Assembly (NCBI RefSeq): GCF_964355755.1 | Contig: NC_092677.1 | Span: 6,408,101 to 6,472,100 of the forward strand | Origin: Antedon mediterranea | Lineage: Eukaryota; Animalia; Echinodermata | Direction of reading: 5' to 3' | DNA: 64,000 bases | In this document: piece after piece, positions 25,174-35,448 of the stretch | Position numbering within the stretch: position 1 is the stretch's first letter | Layout: each line of letters starts with the position of its first letter | Made by a program: the position numbers and the translations under genes | The notes under the pieces: generated by a model | Databases searched by the model: none | Told to the model about the DNA's origin: nothing | The model's input: the letters and a program-made list of their open reading frames with translations, nothing else

Positions 25174-27291
25174 TTGTATGTGGAGATACAGCACTGGGAA
25201 TGCCATATCTGAGAAAATGGGTGGTGTTTTAGGGAACCAATGACATGAACTTCCGGTATGAACTGGTTTCAGATGTTGAACAGAGTGATTTTCGCAATGT
25301 TGCGATATCGAATAAGATGTTTTCAATTCTTCCTCAGTCCCGAAGGCCTATCATATTAATTATTGCTTTTAACCTCATACATATTATAACAAAACCGATA
25401 ACATCAGTACTTACGTGCGTTTCTATTCCTTATTTATTTCCTTGTTTATTGCGTAGTATTAAGTGTTCCCTTATTCAATATGGGTGCGTACTTACCTTTC
25501 TTGTTTTTTGCGTAGTACTTTATTAAGTGTTCACTTATTCTATCTGGGTATTTATGGAATTTCCAAATAGTGTGAAAATAGATGAGGGCGGTGCACAATA
25601 TCTTTTGAGAAACATTATGTGTTGACATCTCAATATCAATATAGGCCTATTATTTTCGGCGTTACGTCGTCACTTACATCAATAGAATCCATATAATGAA
25701 ACATCGTGGATCATAATTTGCTGACTGAGCCGTTTACCATACTAATGCAGTAACAACAAAACCCGTACCACTAGCCTGGCCTATCGGTTTCTCTGTATAT
25801 GAAGGAAAACATTTCTCTGTTTTAAGTATAAACCAGTAGGCCTACGTTGTTTAATTATTATGAAACCATTTATTAATAAACTCATATTTTCATGTTATCA
25901 TTAATACCATAAATTTATAAACAACATTCATACACCTGTGATTATTTTAATAATGATGTATCTCTCTCTCTCTCTCTCTCCATCTCTACATTTTATATTT
26001 TTATAAAGTTTACCATTTTATATTATTTTAAAATAGGCCTACAATAAGTATTGGCGCTCACGCTGTTGTAGAAGGAATATAATAAAATGTTCAAATACAT
26101 AAATACAGTAATATTAAAAACATACAGTTATACATAAAAACACAGTTTTGTAAGACCGAATAGAATAAGCTTTGTCTATTAACCTATGTTTTGCAACGCC
26201 ATTTCACTACATACCACAAAACAATTGTATTTCTTCAACATTGCAATGCGACTATGTCTCGGGAACCTTTACTTCTCGGTGCTTATTGTAATTTCATTTC
26301 TTGGATGTCTAGTATTATTTATTTATTTATTTGTTAAGTTTATTTCAAAAATTTACGAGGGTGGTCTCTCATTTCACGTAAGCATGTTTAGTTTTCTCCT
26401 TAATATTTTTGAAAATTATGTTTTAAATTAAATCATGTCACTTAATGAATAAACAATCTTAGATTTAGACTTTTGTAAAAGTTTAAAATGTAAACATCAT
26501 TTTATATGTTGCCCTTTGTTGTCATTAGTTAGGCTTACCCATTAGTATTTTGAATTAAGTATTTTTTAATACATTTCTTTTTTATTATATTTTATTTTCA
26601 GTTGCATGATATGTGTTTTGCGTTGCGTGCAAACTAAACAAACGAAAAACAAGCTTACATTGTCAAGTTATCTGTTCCTTATTCAAATTGAATTAAATGG
26701 ATATTATGACAACTCGTTAATCTTACATTATCGGCCTAATAAATAAAAAGACTGATATGCCTATACTTTGTGTACTCCTAATCTGTTAAAATGTTTGCTC
26801 GGATGTTATGTTGTAATTAAACATCAAATCATTCCAGGAATCTATAAGCTATCTGATAACAAACTGTCATCGTATCATTATTCGTGCAAAGTACTGTAAG
26901 CTACAGCTATACAATTTACGGTCATAAATTTCATCATTTACAGTTTATTTGACCATCTTAGCCACACGGGTATAATTGTCCTACATTTATTTTCTATCTG
27001 CACATCTTGTAGGCCTATGCAATCGATTGCCCTGCCCCTACAGTTCATTCGGTATCCTCTATCCACAGCTGTTTTTCTTTTCCTGCATACAGGTATTGTT
27101 GTAAAGAACACATGAGTGAAGAAATTTCAACAAACAATACCAAAACATTGGTATTTTGTCGTTATCACGTCTGTTATGACAGTTATTTTTACGTGAATAT
27201 AATATAGATTATAATTTTAACCACTTCATGTGTTGTTCCAAACAAATCTAGTCTGATCTTAATGTTTCTTAATAATATACAATTTCGAAAC

Positions 27292-27709
27292 CTAACTGTT
27301 GTTGTCGATCTTACGAATAAGAATGCCGTATGGTCTAACATCATGCACATTGGTAGGGTGGGAAGGGTCTTCCTTGGGTGATAACCAGTAATCTGCTGCT
27401 TCATCCTCTGATATATTCAGCATGTGACCGGGGTCAGGATTTATCCGATTCTGAAGAGCTATTTGGTAAGTGTTACCTTCAAATTCAAATTTGTCTGCAT
27501 ATTTTAACGCGACCGTTTGGATCGAAGGAGTAGTTATGATTCCATTATGCAGTCCTCCTGCAGATCCAGCACAACTTCCAATGGGAATGTTATCTCTGGT
27601 CATCTTCGATCCGTGGTAACTTACAGGCCATTCTCCAGCTGTTGAATGCGTTCTTGCTTCGGGTTCCCCAAGCCAGACATCGTCACTGTATTGGCCTTTG
27701 ACTTTAAGT
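27292..27709 (-). pseudogene. Copy E: 3' part of ART domain left in the original orientation
   Basis: Reads LKVKGQYSDDVWLG..WPVSYHGS..GIITTPS..DVRPYGILIRK to the stop. It begins abruptly at LKV. Confidence 0.85.
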
Positions 27710-27789
27710 TCAATTCACATTTATTTACTCATCGTTTATAAATACAGTTTCATAGCATAAATGATGGCAAGGATCCTGCATAGAGAAGT

Positions 27790-29170
27790 TTACATTTATA
27801 CAGTGATGGAGTACTGTGATTTGGGGGACATAAACGCTTTCATAAAATCCAGAAAAACCTAACCTCGACGTGCGGATGTGTTTAATTCAAGACATAGCTT
27901 CAGGCATAGCACATCTTCACAGACTCAAGATCTCACACAGGGATTTGAAACCAGGTAATATTTTGGTTGACAACCGACGAGTTACGAAACTTGCCGACTT
28001 TGGATTAGCAAAGATTTTGACAAACAATGAAGGTCACAAACTCCACGAAATGTTTATGGAGTCACTTCCTGAGACGTACGAATACATGGCACCAGAGGTC
28101 CCCAAAGGACATTACAATGCTCAGGCAGATATTTTCAGCATGGGTATTGTTTTTTGTTGTATATTAGATGATGAATTGAAGGGAAGTATTGTGAAAGAAG
28201 TGGTTGGTTTGAAGATGCATATGGTTCCATAATACACGTACACAGTACCTTTATGCAAAGGTTGATCACAAAAATGCTTCAGCGAGATTACCATTTGAGA
28301 CCAAAAGCTCGAGAGATTAAAAGAAAGTTAATGCAGTACGGCCAAGCGGTAAATGAACAGTTTTATTATCTCATATGGGGCCCCAATTTAGCAAGATTTT
28401 AGTAGGATCTACTTTGCTACGATTGACAGTACACTTGAAACAAATATTGCAGTTTTTCGCGTCAACAAAACAGTTTGTACTTTTAGTGCGTATGAACCTA
28501 TATTGGGACACGAGAATCTCTAACTAAAAATTATAATTTAATTTATATTTCTCTGTTTACACGATTCAAACCTTTAAAATACAACGGTTGTAAAAAATGT
28601 TTACAGGGCATTCTTTTATTATTATTTGCAGCCTGGAGTAGTCAACTTGAAGTCACTAAAACTGCTTGCAGCTGGAATGTCCGCTAGTCTTGGTGTTAAG
28701 GTAAACCCGCCTGGAGAAGGATCATCGTCACAACAAAAGATTCAATTAAACGACTTTTTCCACTTTAGAAAGACCTCTGTGCTCAACAAAAACAAAAACG
28801 TTGACGAAATCGATGTTTTGTTTAGAAGTCTCGGCGGCTCTACTGGAAAGGTAAGCATTTCAAAGGAAGCAAGTGCAGCTGACATTCGTCGACTTGTAGC
28901 TCCACAGATTGGTCTTCCTGTTGATTCGCTTGAGCTTTACCACAGAAGTTGCAGAGTAGGTGATGACCAGTCAATCGATAAGCAAAGCATATCACAATCA
29001 TCCACGTTCATTCCGTTAAACAAGATGGTGGAAGTGGGAGGGTGCAATACCAACTGGATGAAGATTTTTTGATCCGTCTTTTACCTACGATTTTACAGAA
29101 ATAAATGACGGAGCCATGGCATTCAGTAGAGGAGCACATCGGTATCAAAGACCTTGTGGGTGGTTTAGAC
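27790..29170 (+). pseudogene. Copy E inverted segment: kinase C-lobe, intron, linker-UBL and start of ART
   Basis: IYTVMEYCDLGD..HRDLKPGN..DFG..APE; donor GCG|GTAAAT near 28349; acceptor TTGCAG|CCT at 28630; ends at RPCGWFR. Frameshifts near 27855 and 28996, stop at 28230, kinase N-lobe missing. Confidence 0.85.
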
Positions 29171-30666
29171 TCCAGACGGAGTTTTGTCTTAATATTAGTA
29201 AAAAGATAAATATTTTGGCACATATGGCGTTTCATACGTATACTACTTGATTTTGGATACTCCGTCTGGGGAAACACGCACAAGTCACGTGGTTTGACAC
29301 CAAGAATTCTTGGTGCATACGATTATCCGGTTGACTAGTTTCAGCTGCATGCGATTGGATACTCACTCGTACACCGTTTTAATATTCATATTTCAGAATT
29401 TTAAAGATTCAACAACTAAGATGATGCGCATGCGCTATGTTACGTTTAGACAATGTGTACTTGGGTACATTTATGAAAGTTTCTGAAGGCTAGAAATTAT
29501 TTTATATGCCTAGTAGTCTGGTAAACATTTGATGGGATTTTTCCCAAGAACATGCTCGTCTTGATGTGATAGGCTATAGCTTCTCCGCAATTCAAACATT
29601 GAATGGATCATTTATTACGCGGAGATACGTGCGAGTTGAGTAGGACCTACGAAAGAGGCCTAGGCCAAGGACTAAACAATTCATAAACAACAACAAAAAA
29701 ACAACTTGGCATTACGATTTTATATTTCAACAGTCTCGATTGTACATTCAGCACTGTACGTATTCGATCTTTTTCATTTTGAAACAAAATAATCATTGGT
29801 TGATTCGAAATCCATATTTACATACCGCCCGCCCCATATAGCCAAATACGGTATGATAACCTACGTCATTCTTATCGAATGTTTGCGGTCTGCAAATCGA
29901 TTTCTATACGTGTTTCACAAGTCTGTATTTTCAGACAAAAATCGCGGTCGAAATAAAAACAAATAAATAAAAAAAAAGACAATAAATACAGTCTTGGGGC
30001 AAGTCTATTACAAAGGTAATGGTACTCTCATTTTGACCTATGTATAAATAGTATAGGCATACAGGTACCCTATATAAAACATCCATTGCTTAAACAAAGT
30101 AAAGGCATTTGTGACAATATTGTCAACACCAATTCAGAAAAATTACTATACATCACAGAAAAATGTCAAGTAAGTACCGGAGGAGTTGTGAGATTATGCC
30201 TCTCACTCAAAGGGCGCTATATAAATGTGGTATATTTACTCATTCCATGCAACTAGACGCGACGAATGTCGATTGTTGGTGCAGTTTATTTGTAAAACAC
30301 TTACTTGCCTCTATGCGTTGGTCATCAATGGATGTTGTTGTGAGCGTTTTCTTTGAATACCGGTACCTTGGTAATTGTGGAATTTCCACGCGTTACAAAA
30401 ATAGAAATGATCGATTTAGAAATTGTCTGCACGGTTTTGTAATATTATTATACAATGGTTTATTGCTGAATTTAAACTTTATTGTTCTCTTTATGTTTGT
30501 TTAGTCGCATATATGAAACTGCCATGTAAATAATATCAATAGGCCTATTATATATTAATATTATGTGAAATTCGCATTTGTAAGGTAGGCCTAGTTATTA
30601 TTGATTACACATAAATTAAATTATGTTAAATTTGACATTTGATTGTACAAAATAGGTAGCAGAAGC

Positions 30667-30772
30667 CAATTTACACAGAAGAGGGATAACGATAAGTGGA
30701 AAACCGTTTTATATAAATTGTCATAAAAAATAATTCCTTTTCCGCTTACCGTTTCCGCTCATGTGTAAATTG
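30667..30772. mobile_element. Short MITE
   Basis: CAATTTACACAGAAGAGGGATAACGATAAGTGGAAAA is inverted against TTTTCCGCTTACCGTTTCCGCTCATGTGTAAATTG. The same terminus occurs at 238-277. Confidence 0.6.
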
Positions 30773-31355
30773 TAAGTGACGTCAAACCCTAAAAATGACA
30801 TTAGTTTAAATGGGGTCAAAACAGATAAAAGCACCATATCGGCGTACATTTAACATTGAATAACCAGCGATAGGACATTTCTCTCCCTGAAATTTGTAGT
30901 TTCATATGACGTGTCAAAAACATGAAATGTTCATGCATCTGCGATTTCTCTGTAACAACCGAATTCGATTTAGTGTTCCATATTTACTGCGTAATATTAC
31001 CTTATCCGAATCATTTGATATGCCTTTTTGCAAGTACAATGATATTTACTAAATCTAGATATATAGGCCTACTTTTATTAAGATATTAGATTATAATTAC
31101 AAACAATTAAATCGTGGTTTAAATGTTCACTATTCATTTTAGTTCAAATAAATCGACAAATATGTGTGTGATTTGTATTGCTTTATTATTAATAGCATTA
31201 AGGCCCAGTTTAAACAATCTAAATCTAATAATTATCGCATCTTATCATGATGATCAACATAATAAAACCATTTTAATATTCATAGATAGATCTATAGGAA
31301 TTAATTACATTAATCAAACGTATCCAAATTGGATTGTACAAATGTAGAGTATAGT

Positions 31356-31660
31356 GAGTGAGTGGCCGAGCGGTTAAGACAGTGGAACCGTAATCACGTA
31401 GCCATAACATCGGCAGGGGTTCGAGGCTCACTCACTCCATGGTTCTGGTGGTAGAATGAGTCTTCTCGGATAAGGACTATAAACCGTAGGTCCAGTGTAC
31501 ACAACTTGCTCGTGTGCACTTTAAAGAACCTAGTACATCTTTCGAGACGAGTGGGGGTTACCCCGGTGTTAGTACATCACAGCCACTGATCACCAACTGG
31601 GTGATCAGTCTTTGACTGAAGAGGTCACCCAGTATAAAGATAAAGATAAAACAAACAAAC
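31356..31660 (+). mobile_element. tRNA-derived SINE with Deu/Nin-like central domain
   Basis: A box TGGCCGAGCGG and B box GGTTCGAGGC. Central TCGGATAAGGACTATAAACCGTAGGTCC..TAAAGAACC..TTCGAGACGAGTGGGGGTTACCCCGGTGT resembles the Deu domain from memory. Tail (AAAGAT)n(AAAC)n. Confidence 0.75.
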
Positions 31661-32009
31661 ATACTCTGTATCAAACAGGCTTAGATCTAGAAATTTGGAC
31701 GTATGATAAAAAAAAATTGTAAATAACAGTGATTTTGATAATGCTATTAGAATAATTATCATTCAAATTTGAATAATTATTTGATCAAAATTCATATTAT
31801 TATGGTTGGATAAAAACATTATCGATATTAGAGGTAGCGGTCCCCTCTAAATCCACCACTTCCAAACATACATTTTGAAAACAAAATATGAAAAATTCAT
31901 AAATGTCTTTACATGTAATCATGTACTCATAAAACAGATGAAAATTAAGATTAAAATACGTAAAAGTGAAACAACTAAATTACTATGCATCAATAGAGCC
32001 TTATTAGGA

Positions 32010-32813
32010 TGTGATTTTTATCACTGGTGCTGCAATAACAACCTGAAACTAAACATAAAGAAAACAAAAGAAATGCAAATTGATTTTAGGAAAATTAAAG
32101 AACCCTTAGAACCTCTGATTATAAATGAAAATGAGATTGAAGTAGTAAATGAGTACAAATATCTGGGTTGTATAATTGACAATAAGCTAAATTGGATAAA
32201 TAATGTAAATAAAGCCACATGCAAAGCCAACCAAAGGATGTTTATTTTAAGAAAAATGAAGTACCTACAAATTGACAAAACTATACTTAAATTGTTTTAT
32301 AACTCTGTAATTCTCAGTGTAATACTTTTTTGTAATGTTTGTTTTTATGGTAATACAATGCAAAAAGATAAAATTAAACTTAATCGAATAGGAAATAGAG
32401 CAATTAGACTAGTAGGAGAGCACTTACCTGATGTTGAATCCTTGTATAAAGAAAATGTGTTAAAAAAAGTAAAAAGTATCATTGATGATGAAACACATCC
32501 TCTTCACAAACAATTTGCTCTCATGAATTCTGGCATAAGACTACGTGCACTTAATACCAAAACAAAACGGTTTAGGTGCTCGTTTGTACCTAATGCTATA
32601 CACTTATATAACTCCAGAGTACAAAGGTAAAATGTAATTGTAACCGATAATTTTTATCTAATTTTAACAATTTTTAGCCTCTTAACTTTTTGTGTGTGTT
32701 TTTGTAAATTGTATTTTATATTTTTGTATTTTGCCAGTTTTCAAATCACATTTCTGTTTTTTAAATGGACAATAAAATATATATGACTATGACTATGACT
32801 ATGACTATGACTA
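32010..32813 (+). mobile_element. 5'-truncated Rex1/Babar-like LINE (C-terminal end of ORF2) with (GACTAT)n tail
   Basis: Motifs LNIKKTKEMQIDFRK, YKYLG..IDNKLNW, NQRMFILRK, HPL, RF..SFVP. The 3' UTR ends in AATAAA plus GACTAT repeats. Confidence 0.85.
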
Positions 32814-32819
32814 TTAGTC

Positions 32820-34660
32820 CATGGGATTTAGCTAAAAAATGACCCTTTTCTCACACAAATTGCAAGAAAAGATTTTTTTGATGAAATGTGTTCTTTAGAC
32901 CCTACTGAACACATTTATCAACGTTAGGACATTTTTCGACAACGGGAAGTAGCCTAATTTGCATAATTAAAAATGGCCGCCATTTTTAATAACGTACTCT
33001 GTATCTTGGAAACCGCTAGTCACAGATACTTAATTATGGTGTCAAAATCGTTAGAATATATGTTTTTATATTCACTTTATTGAAAAAGTTTGTCCAAAAA
33101 TTATAGCCTGGGTGCAGAACAATTATTATACACATTTGCGGGAAAAAAGTATAGGAAAATTTGTTTTTGGTTTTTCTAATAGAGTATACCATATTAGAAT
33201 GTCAGAAAAAAAATCCCCATCCCAGGGTCTTGGGGAAAATTTTTTATGGCACTTTTAAATTTTGGCCTATATAACACACACAAATTCCTATTAACATACA
33301 CAAATACCTATATATAGGGGATAGGGAAAATCAATTAACAGTTTTTGTTACTTGCAGTTGTGTTTTAATGATTAAAATTAGTAGAGGCTTACTTTAATAA
33401 CTACTTCTCATAGTAGTTGATGAATCAAGTCGATACGATGACATCATCATGCCAGAATCCAATATGGCGTCCGATTTGGCGGGAAAAACAGGGTATTGCT
33501 AAACCCCCGCAAACCCCTGGAAACCTAAAAAAAAAAACATAGAAAACCCCACCGAACCGACATAAAAGTGATTGAATCATGGAGTGTACACCCCACTGGG
33601 TATGTCCATGTAAAAAAAAATTAAAATTTCTACTGTTAACTACTTATTTTTGGGATAAAACGTCATTTTTTGGTTAAAAATTAGCAATCATTTTTTACCA
33701 AAAAATGATGTTTTACCCCAAAAATAAGTAGTTAACAGTAGAAATTTTATTTTTTTAAAACATGGATATACCCAGTGGGTCGTACACTACATGATTCAAT
33801 CACTTTTATTATGTTGGTTCGGTGGGGTTTGCTATGTTTTTTTGGAGGTTTGCAGGGTTTAGCAATCATTTTTGACCAAAAAATGATGTTTTGCCCCAAA
33901 AATAAGTAGTTAACAGTAGAAATTTAATTTTTTTTTTTTCATGGATATACCCAGTGGGTCGTACACTACATGATTCAATCACTTTTATGTTGGTTCGGTG
34001 GGGGTTTGCTATGTTATTTTGGAGGTTTCCAGGGGTTTGCGGGGGTTTAGCAATACCCTGTTTTTTCCGCCAAATTGGACGCCATATTGGATTCTGGCAT
34101 GATGATGTCATTGTTATCGACTCGATTTATCAACTACTATGAGAAGTAGTTATTAAAGTAAGCCTCAGCTAATTTTAATAATCATAACACAACTCCAAGT
34201 TAAAAAAACCGTGAATGGTTTTCCCTATCCCCTATATATAGGTATTTGTGTGTGTTAATAGGCATTTGTGTGTGTTATATAGGCCAAAATTTAAAAGTGC
34301 CGTAAAAAAATTTCCCCAAGACCCTGGGATGGGGATTTTTTTTCTGACATTCTATATGGTATACTCTATCAGAAAAAAAAGAAAAAAATTTTCCTATACT
34401 TTTTTCCCGCAAAATTTGTACTGCACCCAGGCTATTAATGGAAGTGCTATTTCTAACATTATTGACCTTTGACCTTGATTTATCATATCTCAGCAACCAC
34501 TAATCGGAGATATACAAATTAGGGCTTAAATTGTTCAGAAACTACACATTTATATCCAGTCTAATGGCATGTTTTTGCAAAAAAATGGCGGATTCTAACA
34601 TTATTTACCTTTGACCTTGATTTATCATATCTTAGCAACCACTAATCTGAGAGACACACA
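32820..34660. mobile_element. Foldback-like non-autonomous DNA element with ~580-bp inverted arms
   Basis: 33103-33685 is the reverse complement of ~33866-34434 (TAGCCTGGGTGCAG.../...CTGCACCCAGGCTA). 33688-33865 duplicates part of the right arm. A ~140-bp direct repeat lies at 34453-34660. Confidence 0.8.
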
Positions 34661-34662
34661 AT

Positions 34663-35448
34663 ATGAAATTAATGGAAAAGGCGGGTGTGGCTGCGTTGAG
34701 TTTTAATGAAGCAGTAGAAGTTGCTTTAGCGAGAGAAAGTGCTAAGGATGAATCCAAGTATCTGAGAGAGTCTGCTATAAATATAGAGGTTCATAAAATT
34801 GATACATACTCTAGTGGTGGTAAACAGGGAAGTGGTGAGCGTAGGAATATGTATAAAAGTAATAACGATAAACATAAAAAGCGGAATAAAGAACTCAAGA
34901 TGTGTAACCGGTGTGGAAGAAAATCACATGATCAACAAAATTGTTGGTTTAAAGACAAGAAGTGTAACGTGTGTCAAAAAGTTGGACATATCAGTCGCAT
35001 GTGCTACAAAAGGTCACAAGGTGTACGTACGGTAGAGATGGATGATAGCGATAGTGATATTGAAACTGCATTACCTTTGCCTATTTTTACAACAACTAAA
35101 TCATCAGATGCTATTTGTGTTAATATGAATGTGGATGACCGAAACTTTCAGTTTGAATTGGACACTGGTTCTGCAGTAACTTTGATATCTGAACAGACTT
35201 ATAAAGAACATTTTAAGTATAAACGTTTGCAAGGGAGTTCTCGGACATTTACTAGTTTTACGGGGGAGATTGTAAAACCCCTTGGTAAAATCAGTGTTAA
35301 AGTGGTATATGAGTCACAATGTCATTATTTATTCATGTATGTTGTTGCTAATACTAAGCATTCTCTTTTAGGGCGAGACTGGTTAAATGTTATCAAGTTA
35401 AATTGGCAAGAATGTTTTCATAATAATAATTATGTAATTGGAATGTAG
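34663..35448 (+). CDS. Gypsy Gag (partial) + aspartic protease
   Basis: CNRCGRKSHDQQNC, CNVCQKVGHISRMC, FELDTGSAVTL, LLGRDWL. Confidence 0.8.
   Translation: MKLMEKAGVAALSFNEAVEVALARESAKDESKYLRESAINIEVHKIDTYSSGGKQGSGERRNMYKSNNDKHKKRNKELKMCNRCGRKSHDQQNCWFKDKKCNVCQKVGHISRMCYKRSQGVRTVEMDDSDSDIETALPLPIFTTTKSSDAICVNMNVDDRNFQFELDTGSAVTLISEQTYKEHFKYKRLQGSSRTFTSFTGEIVKPLGKISVKVVYESQCHYLFMYVVANTKHSLLGRDWLNVIKLNWQECFHNNNYVIGM

Larger units (their letters stand above)
21080..27290. repeat. Tandem segmental duplication of intergenic DNA (21080-22990 vs 24920-27290)
   Basis: Colinear near-identical blocks occur in both intervals, e.g. GGAACCAATGACATGAACTTCCGGTATG, TATGGAATTTCCAAATAG, TTGCAACGCCATTTCAC, CTATACAATTTACGGTCATAAATTTCA. 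Confidence 0.9.

Noticed and set aside
30070-30175. TATA box plus short + strand first exon (ATGTCAA|GTAAGT)
   Set aside because: No downstream exons could be linked, and such motifs are common by chance in AT-rich DNA.
31356-31440. tRNA gene
   Set aside because: No convincing anticodon arm or poly-T terminator, and the sequence continues into a SINE body and simple-repeat tail.
35420-35448. Programmed ribosomal frameshift in Gypsy
   Set aside because: No slippery heptamer, only an 11-nt overlap, and an atypical position after the protease. An indel is more likely.
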